A DNA stretch of 64,000 nt from Owenia fusiformis. Its lineage: Eukaryota. Each line of letters begins with the position of its first letter. Position 1 is the first letter of the stretch. Made by a program: the position numbers and the translations under genes. Positions 36,601-49,630 of the stretch are shown piece after piece. The DNA lies in contig CAIIXF020000001.1 in the NCBI GenBank assembly GCA_903813345.2, positions 31,310,001-31,374,000 of the forward strand, given 5' to 3'. The notes beneath the pieces were generated by a model, which saw only the letters and a program-made list of their open reading frames with translations, did not search any database and was not told where the DNA came from.

Positions 36601-39024
36601 GTATCAGCTGACATGCATTGTTAGTTACCTAGTAACCAAACCTACCTAAAAAAAATAATAATACTGTTATGCTTTTAAGATCACAAAATAGCATAAAGGT
36701 ATGAGAATAGTCAGAAAGAGGACTTAAGATCTATAATACAACAGTATTGATACCTCCCTCTAAAAACTGGAGAAAAGGTCCTAAGGTAAAGTATATAAAT
36801 AGAGGGTAAAAGGTCTCAGGTGAGATAAGACAGTGCCACAAATCATTTCTTACCTTTCATTACTAAGATAAATTCAACAGAATCCTAATAAGAGACTAAT
36901 ATAAGGTTAGAATTGATTTATAGGTGTGATATTACATTATCTGTAGGTTTTTCCTGATCAGCTACCCTTTCTATTCATACTATTTACACCTTATTAAATA
37001 CAATTTAACACCCAAGCAATACCTGCAGAAGTAGTGTGAGCCTGCATTTTTAGCAATGACATAATTTCCTAGTTTGTAGTCATATTGCACAAAACCCTTG
37101 AACAGCCCCATTCTTCAGGTAAAGAAATAGATAAGGGAGAGAGACATAAGCATCTCATACATCTAGAGTATAAAAACTCAATTTTGGGTCATACATTTTA
37201 GCACATCAGCTATTTCTATGGTCATGCTCTTGTATATCATGAACTATGATGTTGCATGTTCAAGGATGATAATATAACCTTAATAATAACAATTGTAGTT
37301 GTATGATTAAGATCATGTTGGGTTAAGAAGGCCTATAAAATCGAGGCAAGTTAGAGCCTTTTTTGTAAGTCACTTTGGCTTTTTTGTTTTAATCAATTAC
37401 TTGATCTTAGTTTCAGATGAGTTAATCTTGATATCTGAGTCTAGGAGAAAGAGGGAGGGGTGCAGGATCTTGATGTAACAATAACACTGTAACTGTAAGA
37501 ACTGTTACTAACAGAATGAACAACAGTATCAGTTCTATTTTCATTTCTTACGATCAGACAAAAGAGGAAATCTCTCAGCCAATCCCACAAAATTGTACTA
37601 AATTTAACAAGGAGATCAAAGTTGGAGTTTTTATTGTGTTTGATAGAAAATGAATGTAAATCAACTGTACTTGTCATTGAGTAGCGTTCACCAGTGATTG
37701 CCCAACACAAAATATATCATCAAAGTCGGGTATACTATGTGACAAAATGGTGGTATCAGAATGAATTTAATGAACTTGCATATGGTAAAGGTAACATTAC
37801 AATGAATGGAGCTCATAAATAACTGAATTGTCAAAAAATTATAGAGTTTGTGAGTAAAAAACTATGATTATTCAGATAAATTTTAGATATAGGTTTGAAC
37901 ATCTAAAGTGAACCATGTAAGTCAATATTAACCAAATGATAAGAGACAAATCAGACAATCCAATTGCATGGAGTTTTAGAGTGACTTTTACACTTATACT
38001 GAATAAGAGGTATGATTTGATTTAGTCCTAAGTAAATAGTGGATAACATAGTGAACTGTTAACGAAAGAACACTTCTTGAGTACCTAGAAACCTCATCAT
38101 GATGGCAAAGTAAAACATGATAGGGAACACAAAATTCTGATAGAATACACTGCAAACATTTGCTTGTACCCTTGTCTTCAAAGGAATCTGAAAATTCAAT
38201 ATGAGTCCAATAAATACAGAATAAACAAACCTCTTTAAACCAGAATTCAAAATGAAAATTTAAGAAAAGATCTAATTTTACAATTCACTTTACCTTCTTG
38301 AATAAGTTGTTTTAAATTCCCCACTCTATGGAGTATTCAACACAATATATCTGGATTCATGATAATTCATGACACCATGTTCCACAAACAGCTTTCTGAC
38401 TATGCAAATATTGAAAACACTGAAAGGGTCAAATGTAATATAGTCATGTAAGGGTTGGTAGAGTTGATTTTACTCAGACTGAATCTAAGTGGATAAGTTC
38501 ATATTTTACATTACTTCGCATCCTCAAATTTCAAAAATATGAAAACATAAATATATGATCAATCATGTTATTCATAGGACTAAGTTAAAAAGACAAAAAG
38601 GTCAGAGATCAACATAAGCTCTATTGCTCACACACGTTTCTTTCACTAAAAATTAGTTTGTGTTAAATTGCCCAAAAGATACAAACATGAAGCTGAATGC
38701 AATAAATATACAGTAGAGTAATGTTCTCTAATGAAATGGCAAAGGTACTTTATAATATAATCATTCTGTGAAATATATCATGTCCAGTATACTACATTGG
38801 CTGAATAAAATTGTTTACTCGCACATATTAGCTAAAAATTCAATATGAATTCCTTTCTAATCAGTATTGACCTATAAACATGTAAATTGCGTTTGTTTTT
38901 CCATGTTATCCGAGACTCAATATATTAAACTGCCTGCCTATACACAACATACAAAGCCCTCTATATACCAAGTCCCTCGCTCATTATGCCAAACATAGAA
39001 GAGATATTTCTAGTGAAAACTTAC

Positions 39025-39075
39025 CTTAACTGGCAGAGAGACAGGTACAAACTCCAACTGTGTCGCAGAGAGCAT
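39025..39075 (-). CDS. PTBP1: Candidate alternative PTBP first coding exon: MLSATQLEFVPVSLPVK
   Basis: ATG...CCA GTT AAG|gtaagt, a consensus donor, phase 0. Confidence 0.62.
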
Positions 39076-39759
39076 AACGTGATTGGCTTCTAAAGGCCTA
39101 GAAAGTCTGGCTTTACTCCCAGTTTAATAGCTGACTAAATTAGATCGACCAGGTAAACTATTGCTAGTATTACCAATATTAAATCTGATTTGCATAAAGC
39201 ATTAACAATGAACAAGCTGATCTGCAGTTTAGAATGTTGAAACTGGCCTGAAGGCTGGATGCTGTGTGACTTCTCTGATTTAGTGAATCCTTCTCAAATT
39301 GTCACGGCAACTTTGATCATCTGATGTCGCAGGGCTTAGCGCCAAAATGCTCACACCTTATGCTAACAGGATTCGTCTATATGACAAAGCCCAGAGTAAA
39401 CATGTAGCAATAACTTCTCTGCCAATCAAACTATACAAATCTTGCTTTCAATAGCCGACCACGTTGAACAAATAGTACAATACCAAGTGCAAACAATATA
39501 TAGGCTAGCAACTATAACTACACTTGAGCCGAGTACTTGACCATGTGATGACTCTATACATGTACACTAAAATACACATAACTGCAAGCAAATTATCCCA
39601 GTTGGAACTACATGGCATGCTGAATGGACATACCCCAGTGAACAATATCAAAGCCTGTAGCTATTCACTGACAGTATCACTCCCCAACAAAGCATAACAT
39701 TTTGTTAATATGATAACCATCTAATGCTTGTTCAATCATAGGTGTCAGCACTGACTTAC

Positions 39760-39834
39760 CTTTACTCCTTGAGCTGTATGCCAAGTCTTTAAATACACAG
39801 CCTTATTAGTCCTATAGGTCGACCTATTAGTTTC
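39760..39834 (-). CDS. PTBP1: Candidate PTBP upstream exon ending ...KTWHTAQGVK (no in-frame ATG, 5' boundary uncertain)
   Basis: CAA GGA GTA AAG|gtaagt, phase 0. The frame is open for 25 codons back to a TAG that could also act as an acceptor. Confidence 0.45.
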
Positions 39835-41244
39835 CTAGCTACGTGAATAGACAGACAAACAATTGTCCGCCAATTTGATGGCAAGTCTACACCAGCATAA
39901 GAAACCCTATTGACAATTTTGAAAACGGAAAAACTTGGCAAATAGAAGGATAGAGCCTTAGCTGTATCTGGCAGCTTTTCATTGGTTGCTTGATTGATTC
40001 TGCAAAAGGTGAGCTGAATAAGCAGCTAGACACACACCCATATATCCAGGTGATCAATATGGAACCTTCCTACTGATGTCACTTCTAATAGACACTTTAA
40101 AACATGTTACGGCCATTTCCAAATCCTGTTAGTGTTTGGTCATTGGCAAAGCAAGATAAAAGACATTTTAGTTTGTATTTTTTTCGCATACTTGACAATA
40201 TTTTCTCATTAAGAAATTGTGTCCATTTTTGGTAATTATCAATTTAGAATGAAAGCACATGGAAGCAGGTTGTACATTTTATTGCATACATGTACTTAAC
40301 GATCAAATTCTCAAAATTATTTGAGATATGGTTCAAAGCAGAGCTTCATTTACTTATGTGGAAGTATTATCTTATTTTTGGGAGGGGAGGTATGCCATGA
40401 ATTGATCATCAATCTTTAAGAACAGCATTTTTAACAATGCAAATTACAAAGCCTGAAATGTGAAAAGTATGATTTCGTTCTAATTGTCCTTGATGAACAA
40501 CTCTTTACCTCTATCCAACAAGCAAAAAATGAGTCTAAAGTTATATCCATAATGGCAGTCAATTAAAAATTAAAAATAATGATGTTCATGACTTCTTCAA
40601 CTATTGTAGCTATATTACACACACCAGTTGAGACACATCTAATATGAAAGCAATTCATAAAATGCTAAAAATACCACTGATTCTACAGCAGTATAGATTA
40701 TTACAATGTCATGTTTAATCTCTATGAAAAATGCTCAAATTGACATTTTATAATTTCTACTTCTCTAGGCAAGATGTTAGACACGGATATAGGTGAATTT
40801 ATGCTAGAGAGCAAAGAAAAATAGGAAGTTAACGAGTTTTACAACCATAGGTTATAAAAATACTTCATCTGTAGTGCTATATTCTATTTTTAAACTTCAA
40901 TTAATTAGCGACAATTCAGCAAGTGATTGAGGTGATTCAGCATCTTGGGAATTGCTTTGCTAGAAAATAATTTTTCTATGAACTTGATGAAAACATAAAA
41001 TAATAGACTGGCTATAAATAAGAGGTTTATGGTGAACGCCTGTTGATCGCCATGATTAAGCATATTGATTCCTAATCAACAGCTGTTTCAATCTTAAATC
41101 ATCTATTGCATTTTGTCAAAATGAACAAAACCAGTGTTATCATTTTATAATAGCAAACACACATGTTGAACAATATAGCACATAAGTCAAACAAGAACAC
41201 AAATGTGTACAAAATGTCCCCACCAAGTGGTGATCCCGTGAAAT

Positions 41245-42100
41245 GGTTATCCTGAAAATGAGTAGACAAGACTTTACCAACACAATTTGAGGACGGAAAA
41301 TCCAAAGTGGCCACCTTAAAATTTACCCAGAATGCCAAACATTTAGTCAGTTCTAGATTTTCATACTAAGAACCACCCCTGAAAATTTAAAATTGATCCG
41401 TCACACAGTTAACCAGAAAACATGTAAACAAGACTTTACAGACAAGATTTCAGGATGGAAAATCCAAAATGGCTGCCTTGACATTTACCAAGAATGTCAA
41501 AAAACTAATCTGTTTGTAGATTTTCATACTAAGAATCATCCCTGAAAATATGAAATTGATCTACCACACAGTTCACCTGAAAACGGGTAGACAAGAAAAT
41601 CCAAAATGGCTACCTTAACATTTACGCAGAATGCAAAAAAAGTAATCAGATGTAGATTTTCATACAAAGAATCATCCCTGAAAATTTGAAATTGATCTAT
41701 CAAACCGTTTACCTAAAAACGCGTAGACAAGACTTTACAGGCAAGATTTTAAGACGGAAATCCAAAATGGCTGCCTTGACATTTACCCAGAATGCAAAAA
41801 AACTAATCAGTTCTAGATTTTCATACTAAGAATCATTCCTGAAAATTTGAAATTGATCTACCAAACAGTTCACCTGAAAACGAGTAGACAAGACTTTACA
41901 GACAAGATTTTAGGACGGAAAATCCAAAATGGCTGCCTTGACATTTACCCAGAATGCCAAAAAACTAATGAGATCTAGATTTATATACTAAGAATCATCC
42001 CTGAAAATTTGAAATTGATCCACCAAACGGTTCACCTGAAAACGCGCAGACAAGACTTCACAGACAAGATTTTGGGACCGAAAAATCCAAAATGGCCGAC
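41245..42100 (+). repeat. Tandem array, about 162-bp unit, about 5 copies
   Basis: aagactt(t/c)a recurs at 41268, 41430, 41729, 41890 and 42052. One unit is internally deleted. Confidence 0.93.
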
Positions 42101-42143
42101 AATAAAAAAGTCCTTATGAGTTTTTGCTGATTTCTTTTTACAA

Positions 42144-42919
42144 AACTAGATAATGGCAACTCCGCGGAGTAGCAAATCCCAACGAACAAAATATCAATTA
42201 CCGAATTCCAATCAATTATACTAATTACTTTGGTTAAAATTGAAAAATTTAGATTTTAGAATTGCGAATTCCTGCAAAGCAGCCATTTTGAATTTTCTGA
42301 GGTACAAATCTGAAAAATAATAGCATAATTGTGATCTACTCCAAAGTTTCTTCAATTTGAGTATAATATAGCCATACTTTGAAGGGATCGAAAAATGATT
42401 GCTAAATCGTACATTAGACGGCCATTTTGAATTTTACGAGGCTCGAATCAGAAAAAAGATACAATATTTGCAATCTACTTTTAATTGCCTTTCATTTGAG
42501 TATAATAAAGCTATACTTCAGAAAGATCTTAAGATTAGCGAAAATTTCTGTTGTCCTGACCCCCCATACACGGCCCCTGGGGGTCAGGATGAAAAACACA
42601 GAATATACGTGAAATAGATAGATGTTGCGAATATACTACCAAAATTTCAAACAATAATATTAATTACTTTGGTTTAGAATGAAAAATTTATGATTTTTGC
42701 GAAAAAGTCCCGTCATTTTTAAAGCGGCGGCCATCTTGAAAAATTTTTTTTTGCGTAAAACTATTCATCAATATACATCTTTCCACCAAATATAAAGAAA
42801 ATCCGTCTACTAATATTTGAGTTATCTTCCGGACGGACGGACGGACTGACGGACTGACGGACTGACGGACGGACGGAGGGCTTCACTATATCCCTACCTA
42901 ACTTCGTTCGTTGGGATAA
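42144..42919 (+). mobile_element. Second Helentron/HINE-like element nested in the first
   Basis: Subterminal inverted repeats atcccaacgaac (42176-42187) and gttcgttgggat (42906-42917). (GACG/GACT)n at about 42831-42877. Confidence 0.75.
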
Positions 42920-44980
42920 TGATCACATATAACTACTGTTAACAATAAAGTAGGCTTTTACAGCAAAGTACATCTGAAATTATTTATAAAGCTACTAAAT
43001 AGTTAAAGTATGAAAACTCAAAAACACCATTCAATATGATACAAAGTATTATCGCACGCTAAGTTTTCTTAAGACATTCAAAATGGCTGACATGACTGAG
43101 CTAGCAGGTCCAAAACCTAATCAGATCTAGAATGAAGTGAGCTGAACAAGATGTTAAAGTTTTAAAAGCAACTGTGAAGCAGTTTTTCTTAAAGTTTGCA
43201 GACAAGGATTTTAGCATTTGACTTCAAAATGGCCGACAGGAAGTAGGTTTCGAGTTAAATTTTTTTCATCCACATCTATAGGCACTCATAAGTTATTCCT
43301 GAAAATTAGAAGGTGATACCTGTAGTGGTTTTGGAGAAAACTGCCGGACGTACGGACGGACAGACAGACAGACAACCAACCAGACAGACGGACGGACGGA
43401 TGCGCCTAGGACGACAATATGGCCCCACACTATGTGGTGGGGACATAAAAACGACTGCTTTAAAATTTACTCAGCATGCTCTAAAACTAATCAGTTCTCT
43501 AACAAGAAGCAAACCTGGATATATTTCAGACAAGAAAACTATTGTAACCTTTTAAGGTATCTTGGTATTTTTTCAACAAACTGAAGTCATGAAGAATTTC
43601 ATACCATTACACAGTCCTAAGCCTATATTTATGTGTTTATGTATAAGCATAGGATTATTTATATAATTCACTTTATTTCAGTCTGGAGCACAATAGGTTT
43701 AACTACAAAGCTGAAGATATGCTAGGAAGTTACAGTGCAGAGAGGTTCTTCAAGCTATGGAGAGATTCAAGAAGCCACGGTAGAACTTTGAGCCATCTTC
43801 ATATACAAGATGCCATGTGAGGCTTCAGAAGAGCACTCCCTTACTTCCTTCAGTAAATCACTTGTGCAAAAACTAGATAACGACAATGCCAGGGTATAAC
43901 ATATCCAATTGTACATTTAATAGTGTCAGATAAGACTGGTAGAAATCATTTCTTTAAATAATTCTTGCATGGATCTACATTATGAACAAAATCATTTTAT
44001 CAATTTTTGAGTTAAAATAAAAAAATGTAAGATCATGCAGATCATTTTTAAATGGCCAACTACATTTGCAGTACTTAAACCTTTTTAAAAATGTATGTGT
44101 GGTTGCACATTCTTTATATTGTTTTGCTTGCTCTAAATACATATATTATGCTCAGTGATAGTAATTAAGAAGATATATACATTCATATTCTATGAATTAT
44201 TCAAGGATATGACCAGAAGATAATGATTGCTCATTAGACCAGCAATTTTATCAGGGATTGTTTTTCAGTTTTATCTTTTCCGTGTTTGATTATGATGATA
44301 ATTATACTAATCACATGTAACTTCTTATTTCATCATTAAGGCATTTATTCAGGAACAATATTATATTATCTTTTCTGTTTAAATCAATTCACTGGAAATA
44401 TCTGCTTTTATTAGAATAATGACGCTTATCTGGTTAACTTATGAAAGCAATTATACTATTATACAGACAATTAAAATCTCAATTTTATCTTTCTTGATAA
44501 ACAATGCCAACATATTAATTAAAGTAATTAGATGATACAGATTTGATAATAAAAAGCCATTTTATAATTTCTTAGATTATTAAAAAACTGAACAGCTAAG
44601 TAAGGACAATATCAGGTAAGTCATTATTACTATTGTAACAAGCTTAAATAATTAAACTTGCTTCAATCCAAATGCCTAACTTTATAGATATTGAACTTGT
44701 TATGCCTATTTGTGTCATTGTAATGAAGACTTATGTTGCACGATTCCTTATTTGAAGATATAAGAGAATGCAAGAGAAAATGCAAACAATAATAAAATTG
44801 TATAAATTGGAGACCTTAATGGTTTTTCAAACTTTGATAATGTACTGATATACACCCTATGGGTATCTAGTGTGTAAATGTAATGCTTGATCATAATTAT
44901 ATTACATGAATAAATAAAAAAATAATGTCTTATATTTTGTAAATTATATTATATAATATAAATTTTAGTTGTGAAACAAA

Positions 44981-45053
44981 ATGGATCTGCGTATATGCGC
45001 AATGTTGTTGGTGTTTGTCGTATTGTCTCAGAGTGCAGAGGATGAAGTCGGCA
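44981..45053 (+). CDS. Secreted two-VWA-domain protein, coding exon 1 (signal peptide): MDLRICAMLLVFVVLSQSAEDEVG
   Basis: aaaATGG context, hydrophobic core followed by an SQSA cleavage-like site. Donor A|gtaagt, and its phase 1 matches the next exon. Confidence 0.72.
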
Positions 45054-45134
45054 GTAAGTAATTATAAACTGGATTAAATAAAAAAAACATAAATTGCTAC
45101 CCCCTTTGTCACCCCATGCAGACAGATCGACTAG

Positions 45135-45813
45135 AATTACATTTGTATGATGTGAGACTCGACATTCACCTGGAAACTTGAAATAATTTGTCACCCACGG
45201 AGCAAATTAATTTTTACTGCTTAATAGTGATTGCAGTGATTGAAAAAAACGATATAAAGATAAAACCGCAACGAATTATTTGTAGATTTCTTTGAAAAAC
45301 TAAAAATATACATCACATATCGAATTCTCCAAAAACAAAAAAAACATGTATAAATTGTAAGGCCTATATTAATATTTGAAACGCAACTATTATTCGAACT
45401 TATGATCGGACATTAGTATGATACTAGTATTACTTTATTATCTTGAAGTACACATCACACTTATGTCTGATCATAAGTTTGAATAATAGTTGTGTTTCAA
45501 ATATTAATTGTATGACATACACGAGACCAGTGTTAATGCTATCAGGGGGAATCGGACCTATATGCCTTCCTATTTATACATGTTTTTTTCTGTTTTGATA
45601 TGTGAAGCATATTTCTTAGTTTTTCAAAGAAATCTACGAATATTTTGTTGCAGTTTTATCATTACATCATAATTTCAATCACCACCATTACGATTTAAAC
45701 GAGTTACTTTGAACTCACCAGTTATAAAGCAGTAAAAAAATTAATTTGCTTCATGGGTGGCAAAATTTTTCTAATTTTCTGATGAATGCCGAGTCTCGCA
45801 TCATACGAATGTA
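45135..45813. mobile_element. Foldback/palindromic MITE in VWA-gene intron 1
   Basis: ttacatttgtatgatgtgagactcgacattca... pairs with ...tgaatgccgagtctcgcatcatacgaatgtaa, and the pairing extends inward over roughly 200 bp. There is an inner hairpin at about 45366-45508. Confidence 0.75.
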
Positions 45814-46005
45814 AGTTAGCATGATCTAAGATGATAGACAAAATAAAATAAAGCATGTTAAAATGCAGTATAAGAGTTCTAACATTTTATCTTGATTTCA
45901 ATGAAAATGTAAAAGTTGAGGTTAAATAATAGTCTGTCAAGATACTAAACCATATTGTAGTGTATTCTTGGGCTATAAGAATCAAACATATATTTTCTAC
46001 TTTAG

Positions 46006-46163
46006 TTCCTCATTGTGTGGATATCGTATTTGTGCTGCAAAATTCCTGCAATTTGAAACAGCATAGATATGTTGATGCAGCAGAATTATTTATGCAAAGA
46101 GCAGCCGATAAACTAATTGACACCAATGGAAGGGCCAAGCTCTCCTTGATCACATACAGCAAG
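46006..46163 (+). CDS. VWA protein exon 2 (VWA1 start): PHCVDIVFVLQNSCNLKQHRYVDAAELFMQRAADKLIDTNGRAKLSLITYSK
   Basis: Acceptor tctactttag, donor AAG|gtgagc. DIVFVL and LITYS are VWA strand motifs. Confidence 0.85.
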
Positions 46164-46346
46164 GTGAGCAATATCCCCATAATATGGTAACTGAGCTGCC
46201 TTATAAATACGTTCACATCACTCTTTGTATGCAGCACTACTCACAAGGTTAGACACAATAGTTCTATAGTGTAGTCAATGAGGATTTAAGTTATTCTGTA
46301 TTGTTTTTCAAATGTTACATGATATGATTCTTCATTACTGGAATAG

Positions 46347-46531
46347 GATGCAGAAGAGATAATTCACAAAAAGACAGCAGCTGAATTTAAAACTGCACTC
46401 ACTCAAACAGATATCCATGGAGGAACTACATGTAACTACCTTAAAGCTGAAACATACAAGGCCCTCAGCATGGTACGCAATGGAACATATTTTGATGATG
46501 TACAGGACAAAGATGGAAAAACAATACCAAG
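46347..46531 (+). CDS. VWA protein exon 3: DAEEIIHKKTAAEFKTALTQTDIHGGTTCNYLKAETYKALSMVRNGTYFDDVQDKDGKTIP(R)
   Basis: Acceptor aatag, open frame, donor AG|gttaac, phase 0-2. T-YKAL resembles the VWA helix. Confidence 0.8.
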
Positions 46532-46730
46532 GTTAACTATACACACACGAGAAAATATACTTTTTGTCAAATGAGCCAAAAAGAACTTTTGTAACAACTA
46601 TATATGGTACATCTATATATCAAATGATTCACACTATACTTTCTTATGTCAAAAAGCACTTATTTGCAACTACCATACCTGGACATTGTACATGTTTGGT
46701 GTAAACTGTTATTTACTAAATTTTCTTCAG

Positions 46731-47023
46731 GGGAAAGTTTGTAGTGGTTCTTACAGATGGGATCTCATTTGATCGCAAGAGCAACATGGCAGAGGCATTG
46801 TCCAAAACAAAGGAACAAATAGAGCTCTTACGTGGGTCTCATGGTGGTATAAAGTATATCACTTTGCATTTTGATGTCACTCAACCAGGGGATACAAGAC
46901 TAGGGAATGTAGAGATCGATGCATATGACCCTGTCACACGCCTATCTCTGACAGAATCAGACCCACTCCCTGCTCTAATGCTATCACTATCAAAATATAT
47001 TTGTGAAAAGAAAGATGTGCCAG
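46731..47023 (+). CDS. VWA protein exon 4 (VWA1 end): GKFVVVLTDG...LSKYICEKKDVP
   Basis: Acceptor ttttcttcag, donor G|gttagt, phase 2-1. VVVLTDG motif and terminal IC. Confidence 0.88.
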
Positions 47024-47596
47024 GTTAGTCTATAATTACAATCATTTTAACATAACAAAACGAGAAAACAGCAACTCCGAGGAATAGCAAATGCCACTGA
47101 CCGTTGAAACATATTTTATTAAATCACCAGTCATTTTGGACATTATCTGAAAGTAATAACCACTCCAGGAAGTAGTAGAGTAGTAATATTGTCCGGCAAA
47201 ATCTATACCCATGATGTTAGCAATTGATGTCAATAACAATTGATATTTGAGTTATCAAAAAAATTATAAAATAAAGTAGCTATCTTGGATTCATCAGTCA
47301 TCTTGAAAATCCCTTCCTGACCAGATTTCTATGTCTATATGGCATCACCATATAAAATATGAACAAAATATGTCAACTGTTATTAGAGTTGTCAAAGATT
47401 ACATTTGTCAACAAGTAATTGTGGCCATTTCCCAAAAAATTCCTTCTTGACTCTTAAGTCTATGGCTTTCTTAGATTGACCAAGAATTAACAAAAGTTGA
47501 ATATTCCAAAAGCAGCACCTTTACTATATCACTATAACCATGACTATAATGATTGATTTTGAAATTTTCAACTTTAAAAAGTTTCAAATGTTTCAG

Positions 47597-47815
47597 TGAG
47601 CTGTAACAATACTCTTGATATTGTCTACATCATGGACAGATCCAAGAGCATCAACGTTAAAGATATTAAGTTTGTCAAACAGTTCTTCATCGATCTCACT
47701 GAAAAACTCATGTCAGCTGCACCCGACACTAATATAGGAGCTATATCTTACTTTGGACAAATCATACATGAGTTCAAACTTGGAGAGTTCAAGACAAAAG
47801 AAGAAGTCATTGAAG
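47597..47815 (+). CDS. VWA protein exon 5 (VWA2 start, MIDAS DRSKS)
   Basis: CNNTLDIVYIMDRSKSI...VKQFFIDL...IGAISY. Acceptor tttcag, donor G|gtttgt, phase 1-1. Confidence 0.92.
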
Positions 47816-48115
47816 GTTTGTAGTAGTTATTCAATGTTACTATACTATTTTGATCAACCTGGCACTTCACTCAGTTGATAATTCCAAAAGTTGAAAAACT
47901 GGAATTAAAGGTAGTATCCGATCTAGCGAGCAACCTTAACAGACACTATTAAATCTTTCATTTTTTTAAATCATATCTTGTCTAAAAAAGTCCCTAAAGC
48001 GCATACTTTATCTCAGGAAAACAAAAGATTCTTACAATTTTTCTGTGAATGTGACTACCACATTTATTATTTGGGAGAATTAAAAAATTTTCCCAATTTC
48101 AACAATTTTTACATA

Positions 48116-49094
48116 CAGGGCGTATAAAAAAAAACGCAACAAGTAGTTATCTTGTAAAATCACAAAACTAGTGATACCTACATCAATTTCATTTAATGTA
48201 TCATAAAGCCACATCTCTCCTCTTTCCGATGATATGTCTATCATTCACATGTGATAATGGTTGGGTGAGAAATCCTTCCGTTTACACAGTGGGCCAAGTT
48301 TTAGATATTGAAAAAATCAGTGCAAGGGCTAAGTGCCAATGGAAGTTCCTCTGAGTTGAATTGTTGTGACTTTTTCTTTTGGAGCTATCTCAGGAGCATC
48401 TGTGCTCACAATTCCTCCACTAGATATTGCAAAACCTCGAGAAAGAATTGCCCATGGGCTGCTTTTCTCTGCTTTAACCCACAGATGACTCAGGGCTGAA
48501 CCATGCATGACGTGGGCAGATGAGCGCATCTTTATGTGCAAGGAAGTGGTGGCAATTTGGAGAGGTATAGGATGTATTCTTGCAAGATTATGAGTATGGA
48601 CACTTTACTGTCTATGCCACACCTGTCATATCTTCTTCCAATAGCCCCTATGCCCTTTGTACTGGCTTTTGCAATTTTTAAAACTTGGGTCCGAGCTGAA
48701 TTTTGCCCCACTTTGCAAAATTAATGATTATTCAGCCAGTCATGACTTCCTGTGAATGAATGATATGCCATTGCAAAGAGGAGTAATTTGGCTTTTTGGT
48801 ACATTGAATGAAAAGGATGCAGTCAGCATTGGTTTTATGTTTTTTTCCCAATATTGCATCAGGCTCCGTACACTGACTTTTGCGATGTTTATAACTTGGC
48901 CAAAAGCTAATTTTGGCCCACTTTGCAAATGGAATGATTACTCGCCCAACCATGACCAAATATCAATGAATGATATATCATTGTAAAGAGGAGACACATG
49001 GCTTAATGGTGCATTGAATGAAATTAATTTTGTTATCATTGGTTTTGTGCTTTTCCGAGATAACAATCTGTTGCGTTTTTTTTTATACGCACTG
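48116..49094 (+). mobile_element. Tc1/mariner-superfamily deletion derivative with decayed transposase remnant
   Basis: TA-flanked TIRs cagggcgtataaaaaaaaacgcaaca / tgttgcgttttttttatacgcactg. SSELNCCDFFFWSYLRS resembles the SPDLNPxDFFLWGYLK transposase motif. Confidence 0.85.
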
Positions 49095-49411
49095 TATAGC
49101 AAATCTTTTGGGAGAGTTTATGATTAAGATCATCGCTAGGTCAACTGTACTTGTTGCTTGCAATATTGTCATCTCTTACAGATCTGATGCTACCATTACA
49201 CATCATGTTAAATAAAATGGGATGTATATATTAAAAGCGTTAAAAAAGGAATAACATGAATTTTGTGCCCTACTTACAAAACATCACTTGCTCCTCTCCC
49301 TTTGGCACTTGTGCTTAGATATCTTAAAATAAAGAACACTAATGTGTTTGCAATCTAAAACTCTCAAAAAAAAATAATACCCACATTTAATAAATATTCT
49401 TGACTTTGTAG

Positions 49412-49630
49412 CTATTGGACTGATACCAGAAAAAACTGGTAAATACACACATACCAACTATGCACTTGAGAGAGCTCGCACACACAAAGATTACTTTGGA
49501 ATAGCTAGAGGTAAAGAGCCAGATGGAATTAGGAACAGAAAAGAGTTTGGTGATGTCATTGTTTTATCTACTGATGGTCGCACATGGTTACGTTATGGAG
49601 GGAAGAATGAGCATGTTACACCAACACAGG
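49412..49630 (+). CDS. VWA protein exon 6: (A)IGLIPEKTGKYTHTNYALERARTHKDYFGIARGKEPDGIRNRKEFGDVIVLSTDGRTWLRYGGKNEHVTPTQ
   Basis: Acceptor tttgtag, donor G|gtaatg, phase 1-1. THTNYAL and VIVLSTDG supply the MIDAS T and D residues. Confidence 0.9.

Larger units (their letters stand above)
41189..43450 (+). mobile_element. Helentron/HINE (DINE-1-like) non-autonomous element with internal 162-bp tandem array and GACG/GACA microsatellite
   Basis: Subterminal inverted repeats atgtccccacca (41214-41225) and tggtggggacat (43435-43446). 3' hairpin ccccac...gtgggg, microsatellite at about 43346-43400, A-rich ends. Confidence 0.75.

Noticed and set aside
40509..40550. MDITLDSFFACWIE|gtaaag as another PTBP first exon
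   Set aside because: It is phase 0 with an ATG, but it ends in Glu with a weaker donor and cannot be distinguished from chance without transcripts.
43682..43820. Open frame of about 45 codons after a tttcag acceptor upstream of the VWA gene
   Set aside because: No recognisable motif, and the VWA gene already has a signal-peptide start at 44981.
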